Part shown: in pieces, positions 1 through 18,813 of the stretch
Layout: the number at the start of each line of letters is the position of its first letter
How positions within the stretch are numbered: the stretch's first letter is position 1
Origin: the human T2T-CHM13v2.0 reference genome, Homo sapiens
Assembly: GCF_009914755.1 (NCBI RefSeq)
Contig: NC_060948.1
DNA: 64,000 bases
Reading direction: 5' to 3' (one strand)
The notes under the pieces: model-generated
Seen by the model: only the letters and a program-made list of their open reading frames with translations
What the model was told of the DNA's origin: nothing
The model's database searches: none
Program-made: the position numbers and the translations under genes

Positions 1-40
1 ACAAGTTATGAGATGGGAAAAAGGGCACCCACAAACATAC

Positions 41-1595
41 GTATACATTATGTATATAATAATATACAGTATCATATATATAATATATATAACCTATGTA
101 TAATATTGTTTTACATCCTGCATCTTATGTTATATATATTGTATAAAATATAACAATTGATAATATATAATTTTTATATTTATACAATATGACATATAGT
201 ATATATTATAATTTATGACATATATAATATATGCTATATATCATATATAGAATATATTATACGGTTAATATACGTATTAAATATAAATTATACATTATAT
301 ATATTATATATAATATATCTGCTATATATAATACCCATTATGCATAATATATATATTATGTCTATGTTATATATAGTATAAAACAACATATAATAATAAA
401 TAATTGTATATATATAATGCGACATATAATATATATTATATTTTATGACATATGTAATATATATTATATATTAGATATAATGCGTTGTATGTATAATACC
501 TATATTAAATATATATTATATGACTATGTTATTAATTACATGTCACATGTGTTATATATTATTCATTTTACACAGAATATACCGGTTACATACAATATAT
601 ACTATGTTACCTACAATTTATAATTTATTACATGTAAAATAAAGAATGCAATATATTATGTATAATTTATAATATACAATATGTGGAAGGTGATATATAT
701 AACATATAATATATGATATATGATATACAGTATATGATATATAACATACAATATATGATACCTAATATATATGGTATACAATATATATTTTATGATATGT
801 ATTCTCTATGTTTTACATTCTGTTATATATATCTATTTGAAATTATATATAACTGTATAATATTTTATGTAAATATGTAATATAATATATATAAAAATAT
901 AATATATTATATATAACTATATATTATGTTATATATACTTTTATAACATAATTTAAATAAAATATCATAATATAATATATATTATATTATTTCATATTAC
1001 ATAATATATATTACATATCACCCAATATAAGTAACATACATAATATTATAATATAGATTATATTATGTTATATTAAATATCATATATATCACGTATCATA
1101 TATTCTATAATATATATTATACATTATATAATATGTATGTTGTCTATTATGTGATATATATAACTATATATATAATTATATTACTATACATATTACTAGA
1201 TAAACATGTAATTCTACATATTTTCATTTATAATATATAGAATTATATAATCATATATAATTATTTATATTCTATAAAAAATTATATCATTATATAAATT
1301 ATAATATATAAAAATTATAATATGTACTACAAATATATATATTATATATCATATATGATATAGTAACTTTGTTATATATCATAATACATATAAATGTGTA
1401 TTATGTTATCTATAATTATATAATTTCATATATAAGATGTATAATATGTATTATATATTATATATGTTATGTAATATATATAGTATATATAAGATGGCAC
1501 AGGATAAATATTATATACTATGACATATAAAATATATGAGGTTATATATTACATATAAGGCATAGCACATAACATGTAATATATATCATATATAA
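41..1595. repeat. AT-rich low-complexity subunit of unit 1 (same position in every unit)
   Basis: Degenerate (TA)n/TATAA/TATATTA sequence with very few G/C. It aligns almost base for base between units. Boundaries are approximate. Confidence 0.9.
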
Positions 1596-1887
<292 letters not shown>

Positions 1888-2460
1888 AGATCCATATTTT
1901 TTAAATGAAAAAAAATTTCAAATGTACTCTGCTTGGTACAATAATCAAATGTATAAACTGAGGAATAAAACATAACCATGAAACCTACTTATAACTGCAT
2001 ATGGAAAATACAGAGGATAATTTTTTAAATAACATATTTTGAAAGCCTTAATTAGTAATTTGAAGAGTTGGCATTTGAAAGGCCAGTATGAATATACCTT
2101 CAAAGCAGCAACACAGGTTCCCCATGAGAAAAAGCAAACTCAGGGAAAATAAAACCACAAAGGTTCAATCTCTTCTGACCTTTGAAAGACACAGCACAGA
2201 CAGTGGTCCTTAGGACGAAGAGCAGGAGACCCCTAATTCCGTCACCATGGCGATAGGGCATAAACATTGCTGGGTGAGGGCACAATCCACATTGTGAGGT
2301 CCAACTGCTGCCAGGAAGACAGGAGTGCTTTTACATAGACCGAAAGGTCATTGAAGGCTCAGAGTTTTGTTTCAAGAACTGAATCCCAAGCCCACACGTT
2401 TTTAGGCTGCGCTTCCTAAAACAAGTTATGAGATGGGAAAAAGGGCACCCACAAACATAC
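1888..2460. repeat. HSATI-like subunit of unit 1 (follows the Alu in each unit)
   Basis: ~570 bp of more complex sequence between the Alu 5' end and the next AT-rich tract. Its size and position match the HSATI part of DYZ2. Assigned from architecture, not from a database search. Confidence 0.8.
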
Positions 2461-3992
2461 GTATACATTATGTATATAATAATATACAGTATTATATATA
2501 TAATATATATAACCTATGTATAATATTGTCTTACATCCTGCATCTTATATTATATATATTGTATAAAATATAATAATTGATAATATATAAATTTTATATT
2601 TATACAATATGACATATAGTATATATTATAATTTATGACATATATAATATATGTTATATATCATATATAGAATATATTATATGGTTAATATACGTTTTAA
2701 ATATAAATTATACATTATATATATTATATATAATATATCTGCTATATATAATACCCATTATGCATAATATATATATTATGTCTATGTTATATATAGTATA
2801 AAACAACATATAATAATATATAATTGTATATATAAAATGCGACATATAATATATATTATATTTTATGACATAAGTAATATATATTATATATTAGATATAA
2901 AGCGTTGCATGTATAATACCTATATTAAATATATATTATATGACTATGTTATTAATTACATGTCACATGTGTTATATATTATTTATTTTACACAGAATAT
3001 ACCGGTTACATACAATATATACTATGTTACCTACAATGTATAATTTATTACATGTAAAATAAAGAATGCAATATATTATGTATAATTTATAATATACAAT
3101 ATGTGGAATGTGATATATATAACATATAATATATGATATATGATATACAGTATATGATATATAACATACAATATATGATACCTAATATATATGGTATACA
3201 ATATATATTTTATGATATGTATTCTCTATGTTTTATATTCTGTTATATATATCTATTTGAAATTATATATAACTGTATAATATTTTATGTAAATATGTAA
3301 TATAATATATATAAAAATATAATATATTATATATAACTATATATTATGTTATATATACATTTATAACATAATTTACATAAAATATCATAATATAATATAT
3401 ATTATATTATTTCATATTACATAATATATATTACATATCACCCAATATAACTAACATACATAATATTATAATATGGATTATATTATGTTATATTAAATAT
3501 CATATATATCATGTATCATATATTCTATAATATATATTATACATTATATATTATGTATGTTGTCTATTATGTGATATATATAACTCTATATATAATTATA
3601 TTTTTATACATATAACTAGATAAACATGTAATTCTACATATTTTCATTTATAATACGTAGAATTATATAATCATATATAATTATTTATATTCTATAAAAA
3701 ATTTTATCATTATATAAATTATAATATATAAAAATTATAATATGTACTACAAATATATATAGTATATATCATATATGATATAGTACCTTTGTTATATATC
3801 ATAATACATATAAATGTGTATTATGTCATCTATAATTATATAATTTCATATATAAGATGTATAATATGTATCATATATTATATATGTTATGTAATATATA
3901 TAGTATATATAAGATGACACAGGATAAATATTATATACTATGACATATAAAATATATCAGGTTATATGTTACATATAAGGCATAGCACATAA

Positions 3993-4307
<315 letters not shown>

Positions 4308-6410
4308 AGATCCATATTTTTTAAATGAAAAAAATTTCAAAGGTACTCTGCTTGGTACAATAATCAAATGTATAAACTGAGGAATAAAACATAACCATGA
4401 AACCTACTTATAACTGCATATGGAAAATACAGAGGATAATTTTTTAAATAACATATTTTGAAAGCCTTAACTAGTAATTTGAAGAGTTGGCATGTGAAAG
4501 GCCAGTATGAATATACCTTCAAAGCAGCAACACAGGTTCCCCATGAGAAAAAGCAAACTCAGGGAAAATAAAACCACAAAGGTTCAATCTCTTCTGACCT
4601 TTGAAAGACACAGCACAGAAAGTGGTCCTTAGGACGAAGAGCAGGAGACCCCTAATTCCGTCACCATGGCGATAGGGCATAAACACTGCTGGGTGAGGGC
4701 ACAATCCACATTGTGAGGTCCAACTGCTGCCAGGAAGACAGGAGTGCTTTTACATAGACCGAAAGGTCATTGAAGGCTCAGAGTTTTGTTTCAAGAACTG
4801 AATCCCAAGCCCACACGTTATTAGGCTGCGCTTCTTAAAACAAGTTATGAGATGGGAAAAAGGGCACCCACAAACATACGTATACATTATGTATATAATA
4901 ATATACAGTGTCATATATATAATATATATAACCTATGTATAATATTGTTTTACATCCTGCATCTTATGTTATATATATTGTATAAAATATAATAATTGAT
5001 AATATATAACTTTTATAATTATACAATATGACATATAGTATATATTATAATTTATGACATATATAATATATGTTATATATCATATACAGAATATATTATA
5101 CGGTTAATATACGTATTAAATATAAATTATACATTATATATATTATATATAATATATCTGTTATATATAATACCCATTATGCATAATATATATATTATGT
5201 CTATGTTATATATGGTATAAAACAACATATAATAATATATAATTGTATATATAAATGCGACATATAATATATATTATATTTTATGACATATGTATTATAT
5301 ATTATATATTATATATAATACGTTGTATGTATAATACCTATATTAAATATATATTATATGACTATGTTATTAATTACATGTCACATGTGTTATATATTAT
5401 ATATTTTACATAGAATATACCGGTTACATACAATATATACCATGTTACCTATAATGTATAATTTATTACATGTAAAATAAAGAATGCAATATATTATGTA
5501 TAATTTATAATATACCATATGTGGAATGTGATATATATAACATATAATATATGATATATGATATACAGTATATGATATATAACATACAATATATGATTCC
5601 TAATATATATGGTATACAATATATATTTTATGATATGTATTCTATATGTTTTATATTCTGTTATATATAACTATTTGAAATTATATATAACTGTATAATA
5701 TTTTATGTAAATATGTAATATAATATATATAACTATATATTATATTATATATAACTATATATTATGTTATATATACTTTTATAACATAATTTGCATAAAA
5801 TATCATAACATAATATATATTATATTATTTCATATTACATAATATATATTACATATCACCCAATATAACTAACATACATAATATTATAATATAGATTATA
5901 TTGTGTTATATTAAATATCATATATATCATGTATCATATATTCTATAATATATATTACACATTATATAATATGTATGTTGTCTATTATGTGATATATATA
6001 ACTCTATATATAATTATATTTTTATACATATAACTAGATAAACATGTAATTCTACATATTTTCATTTATAATACGTAGAATTATATAATCATATATAATT
6101 ATTTATATTCTATAAAAAATTTTATCATTATATAAATTATAATATATAAAAATTATAATATGTACTACAAATATATATATTATATATCATATATGATATA
6201 GTACCTTTGTTATATATCATAATACATATAAATGTGTATTATGTCATCTATAATTATATAATTTCATATATAAGATGTATAATATGTATCATATATTATA
6301 TATGTTATGTAATATATATAGTATATATAAGATGACACAGGATAAATATTATATACTATGACATATAAAATATATCAGGTTATATGTTACATATAAGGCA
6401 TAGCACATAA

Positions 6411-6725
<315 letters not shown>

Positions 6726-8829
6726 AGATCCATATTTTTTAAATGAAAAAAAATTTCAAAGGTACTCTGCTTGGTACAATAATCAAATGTATAAACTGAG
6801 GAATAAAACATAACCATGAAACCTACTTATAACTGCATATGGAAAATACAGAGGATAATTTTTTAAATAACATATTTTGAAAGCCTTAACTAGTAATTTG
6901 AAGAGTTGGCATGTGAAAGGCCAGTATGAATATACCTTCAAAGCAGCAACACAGGTTCCCCATGAGAAAAAGCAAACTCAGGGAAAATAAAACCACAAAG
7001 GTTCAATCTCTTCTGACCTTTGAAAGACACAGCACAGAAAGTGGTCCTTAGGACGAAGAGCAGGAGACCCCTAATTCCGTCACCATGGCGATAGGGCATA
7101 AACACTGCTGGGTGAGGGCACAATCCACATTGTGAGGTCCAACTGCTGCCAGGAAGACAGGAGTGCTTTTACATAGACCGAAAGGTCATTGAAGGCTCAG
7201 AGTTTTGTTTCAAGAACTGAATCCCAAGCCCACACGTTATTAGGCTGCGCTTCTTAAAACAAGTTATGAGATGGGAAAAAGGGCACCCACAAACATACGT
7301 ATACATTATGTATATAATAATATAGAGTGTCATATATATAATATATATAACCTATTTATAATATTGTTTTACATCCTGCATCTTATGTTATATATATTGT
7401 ATAAACTATAATAATTGATAATATATAAGTTTTATAATTATACAATATGACATATAGTATATATTATAATTTATGACATATATAATATATGTTATATATC
7501 ATATACAGAATATATTATACGGTTAATATACGTATTAAATATAAATTATACATTATATATATTTTATATAATATATCTGTTATATATAATACCCATTATG
7601 CATAATATATATATTATGTCTATGTTATATATAGTATAAAACAACATATAATAATATATAATTGTATATATAAATGCGACATATAATATATATTATATTT
7701 TATAACATATGTAATATATATTATATATTATATATAATACGTTGTATGTATAATACCTATATTAAATATATATTATATGACTATGTTATTAATTACATGT
7801 CACATGTGTTATATATTATATATTTTACATAGAATATACCGGTTACATACAATATATACCATGTTACCTATAATGTATAATTTATTACATGTAAAATAAA
7901 GAATGCAATATATTATGTATAATTTATAATATACAATATGTGGAATGTTATATATATAACATATAATATATGATATATGATATACAGTATATGATATATA
8001 ACATAAAATATATGATTCCTAATATATATGGTATACAATATATATTTTATGATATGTATTCTATATGTTTTATATTCTGTTATATATAACTATTTGAAAT
8101 TATATATAACTGTATAATATTTTATGTAAATATGTAATATAATATATATAACTATATAATATATTATATATAACTATATATTATGTTATATATACTTTTA
8201 TAACATAATTTACATAAAATATCATAATATAATATATATTATATTATTTCATATTACATAATATATATTACATATCACCCAATATAACTAACATACATAA
8301 TATTATAATATAGATTATATTATGTTATATTAAATATCATATATATCATGTATCATATATTCTATAATATATATTACACATTATATAATATGTATGTTGT
8401 CTATTATGTGATATATATAACTATATATATAATTAAATTTTTATACATATAACTAGATAAACATGTAATTCTACATATTTTCATTTATAATATGTAGAAG
8501 TATATAATCATATATAATTATTTATATTCTATAAAAAATTTTATCATTATATAAATTATAATATATAAAAATTATAATATGTACTACAAATATATATATT
8601 ATATATCATATATGATATAGTACCTTTGTTATATATCATAATACATATAAATGTGTATTATGTTATCTATAATTATATAATTTCATATATAAGATGTATA
8701 ATATGTATCATATATTATATATGTTATGTAATATATATAGTATATATAAGATGACACAGGATAAATATTGTATACTATGACATATAAAATATATGAGGTT
8801 ATATGTTACATATAAGGCATAGCACATAA

Positions 8830-9144
<315 letters not shown>

Positions 9145-11274
9145 AGATCCATATTTTTTAAATGAAAAAAAATTTCAAAGGTACTCTGCTTGGTACAATA
9201 ATCAAATGTATAAACTGAGGAATAAAACATAACCATGAAACCTACTTATAACTGCATATGGAAAATACAGAGGATAATTTTTTAAATAACATATTTTGAA
9301 AGCCTTAACTAGTAATTTGAAGAGTTGGCATTTGAAAGGCCAGTATGAATATACCTTCAAAGCAGCAACACAGGTTCCCCATGAGAAAAAGCAAACACAG
9401 GGAAAATAAAAACACAAAGGTTCAATCTCTTCTGACCTTTGAAAGACACAGCACAGACAGTGGTCCTTAGGACGAAGAGCAGGAGACCCCTAATTCCGTC
9501 ACCATGGCGATAGGGCATAAACATTGCTGGGTGAGGGCACAATCCACATTGTGAGGTCCAACTGCTGCCAGGAAGACAGGAGTGCTTTTACATAGACCGA
9601 AAGGTCATTGAAGGCTCAGAGTTTTGTTTCAAGAACTGAATCCCAAGCCCACACGTTATTAGGCTGCGCTTCTTAAAACAAGTTATGAGATGGGAAAAAG
9701 GGCACCCACAAACATACGTATACATTATGTATATAATAATATACAGTATCATATATATAATATATATAACCTATGTATAATATTGTTTTACATCCTGCAT
9801 CTTCTGTTATATATATTGTATAAAATATAATAATTGATAATATATAAGTTTTATAATTATACAATATGACATATAGTATATATTATAATTTATGACATAT
9901 ATAATATATGTTATATATCATATATAGAATATATTATACGGTTAATATACGTATTAAATATAAATTATACATTATATATATTATATATAATATATCTGTT
10001 ATATATAATACCCATTATGCATAATATATATATTATGTCTATGTTATATATAGTATAAAACAACATATAATAATATATAATTGTATATATAAAATGCGAC
10101 ATATAATATATATTATATTTTATAACATATGTAATATATATTATATATTAAATATAATACGTTGTATGTATAATACCTATATTAAATATATATTATATGA
10201 CTATGTTATTAATTACATGTCACATGTGATATATATTATATATTTTACATAGAATATACCGGTTACATACAATATATACTATGTTACCTATAATGTATAA
10301 TTTATTACATGTAAAATAAAGAATGCAATATATTATGTAAAATTTATAAAATACAATATGTGGAATGTGATATATATAACATATAATATATGATATATGA
10401 TATACAGTATATGATATATAACATACAATATATGATTCCTATTATATATGGTATACAATATATATTTTATGATATGTATTCTATATGTTTTATATTCTGT
10501 TATATATAACTATTTGAAATTATATATAACTGTATAATATTTTATGTAAATATGTAATATAATATATATAACTATATAATATATTATATATAACTATATA
10601 TTATGATATATATACTTTTATAACATAATTTACATAAAATATCATAATATAATATATATTATATTATTTCATATTACATAATATATATTACATATCACCC
10701 AATATAACTAACATACATAATATTATAATATAGATTATATTGTGTTATATTAAATATCATATATATCATGTATCATATATTCTATAATATGTATTACACA
10801 TTATATAATATGTATGTTGTCTATTATGTGATATATATAACTATATATATAATTATATTTTTATACATATAACTAGATAAACATGTAATTCTACATATTT
10901 TCATTTATAATATGTAGAATTATATAATCATATATAATTATTTATATTCTATAAAAAATTTTATCATTATATAAATTATAATATATAAAAATTATAATAT
11001 GTACTACAAATATATATATATTATATATCATATATGATATAGTACCTTTGTTATATATCATAATACATATAAATGTGTATTATGTTATCTATAATTATAT
11101 AATTTCATATATAAGATGTATAATATGTATCATATATTATATATGTTATGTAATATGTATAGTATATATAAGATGACACAGGATAAATATTATATACTAT
11201 GACATATAAAATATATGAGGTTATATGTTACATATAAGGCATAGCACATAACATGTAATATATATCATATATAA

Positions 11275-11566
11275 TTTTTTTTTAAACAGAATCTTTTCCT
11301 GTTGCACAGGGTGGGGTACAATGGCGCCATCTTTGCTCACTGCAACTTCTGCCTCACGGGTCCAAGCGATTGTCCTCCCTGAGCCTCCCAGGTAGCTGGG
11401 ACTACACCACACTGGGACTACACCAGCTGCCACCATGCCTAGCTAATTTTTTGGATTTTTAGTAGTGACAGCCTTTCACTGCATTGGCCAGGATGGTCTT
11501 GATCTCTTCACCTTGTGATCCCCTTGCCTTGGCCTCCAAATTTGCTGGGATTACAGGCCTGAGCCA
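11275..11566 (-). mobile_element. Alu, unit 5
   Basis: Same Alu as unit 1. Confidence 0.93.
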
Positions 11567-13687
11567 AGATCCATATTTTTTAAATGAAAAAAAATTTCAA
11601 AGGTACTCTGCTTGGTACAATAATCAAATGTATAAACTGAGGAATAAAACATAACCATGAAACCTACTTATAACTGCATATGGAAAATACAGAGGATAAT
11701 TTTTTAAATAACATATTTTGAAAGCCTTAACTAGTAATTTGAAGAGTTGGCATTTGAAAGGCCAATATGAATATACCTTCAAAGCAGCAACACAGGTTCC
11801 CCATGAGAAAAAGCAAACTCAGGGAAAATAAAAACACAAAGGTTCAATCTCTTCTGACCTTTGAAAGACACAGCACAGACAGTGGTCCTTAGGACGAAGA
11901 GCAGGAGACCCCTAATTCCGTCACCATGGCGATAGGGCATAAACATTGCTGGGTGAGGGCACAATCCACATTGTGAGGTCCAACTGCTGCCAGGAAGACA
12001 GGAATGCTTTTACGTAGACCGAAAGGTCATTGAAGGCTCAGAGTTTTGTTTCAAGAACTGAATCCCAAGCCCACACGTTATTAGGCTGCGCTTCTTAAAA
12101 CAAGTTATGAGATGGGAAAAAGGGCACCCACAAACATACGTATACATTATGTATATAATAATATACAGTATCATATATATAATATATATAACCTATGTAT
12201 AATATTGTTTTACATCCTGCATCTTCTGTTATATATATTGTATAAAATATAATAATTGATAATATATAAGTTTTATAATTATACAATATGACATATAGTA
12301 TATATTATAATTTATGACATATATAATATATGTTATATATCATATATAGAATATATTATACGGTTAATATACGTATTAAATATAAATTATACATTATATA
12401 TATTATATATAATATATCTGTTATATATAATACCCATTATGTATAATATATATATTATGTCTATGTTATATATAGTATAAAACAACATATAATAATATAT
12501 AATTGTATATATAAAATGCGACATATAATATATATTATATTTTATAACATATGTAATATATATTATATATAATACGTTGTATGTATAATACCTATATTAA
12601 ATATATATTATATGACTATGTTATTAATTACATGTCACATGTGTTATATATTATATATTTTACATAGAATATACCGGTTACATACAATATATACTATGTT
12701 ACCTATAATGTATAGTTTATTACATGTAAAATAAAGAATGCAATATATTATGTAAAATTTATAACATACAATATGTGGAATGTGATATATATAACATATA
12801 ATATATGATATATGATATACAATATATGATATATAACATACAATATATGATTCCTAATATATATGGTATACAATATATATTTTATGATATGTATTCTCTA
12901 TGTTTTATATTCTGTTATATATAACTATTTGAAATTATATATAACTGTATAATATTTTATGTAAATATGTAATATAATATATATAACTATATAATATATT
13001 ATATATAACTATATATTATGTTATATATACTTTTATAACATAATTTACCTAAAATATCATAATATAATATATATTATATTATTTCATATTACATAATATA
13101 TATTACATATCACCCAATATAACTAACATACATAATATTATAATATAGATTATATTGTGTTATATTAAATATCATATATATCATGTATCATATATTCTAT
13201 AATATATATTACACATTATATAATATGTATGTTGTCTATTATGTGATATATATAACTATATATATAATTATATTTTTATACATATAACTAGATAAACATG
13301 TAATTCTACATATTTTCATTTATAATATGTAGAATTATATAATCATATATAATTATTTATATTCTATAAAAAATTTTATCATTCTATAAATTATAATATA
13401 TAAAAATTATAATATGTACTACAAATTTATATATTATATATCATATATGATATAGTACCTTTGTTATATATCATAATACATATAAATGTGTATTATGTTA
13501 TCTATAATTATATAATTTCATATATAAGATGTATAATATGTATCATATATTATATATGTTATGTAATATATATAGAATATATAAGATGACACAGGATAAA
13601 TATTATATACTATGACATATAAAATATATGAGGTTATATGTTACATATAAGGCATAGCACATAACATGTAATATATATCATATATAA

Positions 13688-13979
13688 TTTTTTTTTAGAC
13701 AGAATCTTGTCCTGTTGCACAGGGAGGGGTACAATGGCGCCATCTTTGCTCACTGCAACTTCTGCCTCACGGGTCCAAGCGATTGTCCTCCCTCAGCCTC
13801 CCAGGTAGCTGGGACTACACCACACTGGGACTACACCAGCTGCCACCATGCCTAGCTAATTTTTTGGATTTTTAGTAGTGACAGCGTTTCACTGTATTGG
13901 CCAGGATGGTCTTGATCTCTTCACCTTGTGATCCCCTTGCCTTGGCCTCCAAATTTGCTGGGAATACAGGCCTGAGCCA
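13688..13979 (-). mobile_element. Alu, unit 6
   Basis: Same Alu as unit 1. Confidence 0.93.
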
Positions 13980-16080
13980 AGATCCATATTTTTTAAATGA
14001 AAAAAAATTTCAAAGGTACTCTGCTTGGTACAATAATCAAATGTATAAACTGAGGAATAAAACATAACCATGAAACCTACTTATAACTGCATATGGAAAA
14101 TACAGAGGATAATTTTTTAAATAACATATTTTGAAAGCCTTAACTAGTAATTTGAAGAGTTGGCATTTGAAAGGCCAGTATGAATATACCTTCAAAGCAG
14201 CAACACAGGTTCCCCATGAGAAAAAGCAAACACAGGGAAAATAAAAACACAAAGGTTCAATCTGTTCTGACCTTTGAAAGACACAGCACAGACAGTGGTC
14301 CTTAGGACGAAGAGCAGGAGACCCCTAATTCCGTCACCATGGCGATAGGGCATAAACATTGCTGGGTGAGGGCACAATCCACATTGTGAGGTCCAACTGC
14401 TGCCAGGAAGACAGGAGTGCTTTTACATAGACCGAAAGGTCATTGAAGGCTCAGAGTTTTGTTTCAAGAACTGAATCCCAAGCCCACACGTTATTAGGCT
14501 GCGCTTCTTAAAACAAGTTATGAGATGGGAAAAAGGGCACCCACAAACATACGTATACATTATGTATATAATAATATACAGTATCATATATATAATATAT
14601 ATAACCTATGTATAATATTGTTTTACATCCTGCATCTTATGTTATATATAGTATAAAATATAATAATTGATAATATATAAGTTTTATAATTATACAATAT
14701 GACATATAGTATATATTATAATTTATGACATATATAATATATGTTATATATCATATATAGAATATATTATACGTTTAATATACGTATTAAATATAAATTA
14801 TACATTGTATATATTATATATAATATATCTGTTATATATAATACCCATTATGCATAATATATATATTATGTCTATGTTATATATAGTATAAAACAACATA
14901 TAATAATATATAATTGTATATATAAAACGCGACATATAATATATATTATATTTTATGACATATGTAATATATATTATATATTATATATAATACGTTGTAT
15001 GTATAATACCTATGTTAAATATATATTATATGACTATGTTATTAATTACATGTCAAATATGTTATATATTATATATTTTACATAGAATATACCGGTTACA
15101 TACAATATATACTATGTTACCTATAATGTATAATTGATTACATGTAAAATAAAGAATGCAATATATTATGTATAATTTATAATATACAATATGTGGAATG
15201 TGATATATATAACATATAATATATGATATATGATATACAGTATATGATATATAACATACAATATATGATACCTAATATATATGGTATACAATTTATATTT
15301 TATCATATGTATTCTATATGTTTTATATTCTGTTATATATAACTATTTGAAATTATATATAACTGTATAATATTTTATGTAAATATGTAATATAATATAT
15401 ATAACTATATAATATATTATATAAAACTATATATTATGTTATATATACTTTTATAACATAATTTACATAAAATGTCATAATATAATATATATTATATTAT
15501 TTCATATTACATAATATATATTACATATCACCCAATATAAGTAACATACATAATATTATAATATAGATTATATTATGTTATATTAAATATCATATATATC
15601 ATGTATCATATATTCTATAATATATATTATACATTATATAATATGTATGTTGTCTATTATGTGATATATATAAGTATATATAATTATATCATTATACATA
15701 TAACTAGATAAACATGTAATTCTACATATTTTCATTTATAATATATAGAATTATATAATCATATATAATTATTTATATTCTATAAAAAATTATATCATTA
15801 TATAAATTATAATATATAAAAATTATAATATGTACTACAAATATATATATTATATATCATATATGATATAGTACCTTTGTTATATATCATAATACATATA
15901 AATGTGTATTATGTTATCTATAATTATATAATTTCATATATAAGATCTATAATATATATTATATATTATATATGTTATGTAATATATATAGTATATATAA
16001 GCTGACACAGGATAAATATTATATACTATGACATATAAAATATATGAGGTTATATGTTACATATAAGGCATAGCACATAA

Positions 16081-16396
<316 letters not shown>

Positions 16397-18497
16397 AGAT
16401 CCATATTTTTTAAATGAAAAAAAATTTCAAAGGTACTCTGCTTGGTACAATAATCAAATGTATAAACTGAGGAATAAAACATAACCATGAAACCTACTTA
16501 TAACTGCATATGGAAAATACAGAGGATAATTTTTTAAATAACATATTTTGAAAGCCTTAACTAGTAATTTGAAGAGTTGGCATTTGTAAGGCCAGTATGA
16601 ATATACCTTCAAAGCAGCAACACAGGTTCCCCATGAGAAAAAGCAAACACAGGGAAAATAAAAACACAAAGGTTCAATCTGTTCTGACCTTTGAAAGACA
16701 CAGCACAGACAGTGGTCCTTAGGACGAAGAGCAGGAGACCCCTAATTCCGTCACCATGGCGATAGGGCATAAACATTGCTGGGTGAGGGCACAATCCACA
16801 TTGTGAGGTCCAACTGCTGCCAGGAAGACAGGAGTGCTTTTACATAGACCGAAAGGTCATTGAAGGCTCAGAGTTTTGTTTCAAGAACTGAATCCCAAGC
16901 CCACACGTTATTAGGCTGCGCTTCTTAAAACAAGTTATGAGATGGGAAAAAGGGCACCCACAAACATACGTATACATTATGTATATAATAATATACAGTA
17001 TCATATATATAATATATATAACCTATGTATAATATTGTTTTACATCCTGCATCTTATGTTATATATAGTATAAAATATAATAATTGATAATATATAAGTT
17101 TTATAATTATACAATATGACATATAGTATATATTATAATTTATGACATATATAATATATGTTATATATCATATATAGAATATATTATACGTTTAATATAC
17201 GTATTAAATATAAATTATACATTGTATATATTATATATAATATATCTGTTATATATAATACCCATTATGCATAATATATATATTATGTCTATGTTATATA
17301 TAGTATAAAACAACATATAATAATATATAATTGTATATATAAAACGCGACATATAATATATATTATATTTTATGACATATGTAATATATATTATATATTA
17401 TATATAATACGTTGTATGTATAATACCTATGTTAAATATATATTATATGACTATGTTATTAATTACATGTCAAATATGTTATATATTATATATTTTACAT
17501 AGAATATACCGGTTACATACAATATATACTATGTTACCTATAATGTATAATTGATTACATGTAAAATAAAGAATGCAATATATTATGTATAATTTATAAT
17601 ATACAATATGTGGAATGTGATATATATAACATATAATATATGATATATGATATACAGTATATGATATATAACATACAATATATGATACCTAATATATATG
17701 GTATACAATTTATATTTTATCATATGTATTCTATATGTTTTATATTCTGTTATATATAACTATTTGAAATTATATATAACTGTATAATATTTTATGTAAA
17801 TATGTAATATAATATATATAACTATATAATATATTATATAAAACTATATATTATGTTATATATACTTTTATAACATAATTTACATAAAATGTCATAATAT
17901 AATATATATTATATTATTTCATATTACATAATATATATTACATATCACCCAATATAAGTAACATACATAATATTATAATATAGATTATATTATGTTATAT
18001 TAAATATCATATATATCATGTATCATATATTCTATAATATATATTATACATTATATAATATGTATGTTGTCTATTATGTGATATATATAAGTATATATAA
18101 TTATATCATTATACATATAACTAGATAAACATGTAATTCTACATATTTTCATTTATAATATATAGAATTATATAATCATATATAATTATTTATATTCTAT
18201 AAAAAATTATATCATTATATAAATTATAATATATAAAAATTATAATATGTACTACAAATATATATATTATATATCATATATGATATAGTACCTTTGTTAT
18301 ATATCATAATACATATAAATGTGTATTATGTTATCTATAATTATATAATTTCATATATAAGATCTATAATATATATTATATATTATATATGTTATGTAAT
18401 ATATATAGTATATATAAGCTGACACAGGATAAATATTATATACTATGACATATAAAATATATGAGGTTATATGTTACATATAAGGCATAGCACATAA

Positions 18498-18813
<316 letters not shown>

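Noticed and set aside
417-623. Ile/Tyr/Asn-rich ORFs in the AT-rich tract (several units, both strands)
   Set aside because: Translation artefacts of (TA)n-like sequence, open only in some units.
41-1595. Many TATA-box and AATAAA motifs
   Set aside because: Expected by chance at this base composition.
2100-2285. 61-aa minus-strand ORF (MCPHPAMF...) open in all 26 units
   Set aside because: It starts at TTG, the first ATG is lost in U2/U3, many changes are non-synonymous, and there is no recognisable domain. Conservation just reflects satellite homogeneity.
2241-2297. Strong Kozak-like context GTCACCATGG on the + strand
   Set aside because: It is followed by only 16 codons before TGA, with no supporting gene structure.
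11221-11436. Alu-overlapping ORFs (also 4143, 13889, 33048, 54738)
   Set aside because: Alu-derived reading frames opened by chance substitutions.
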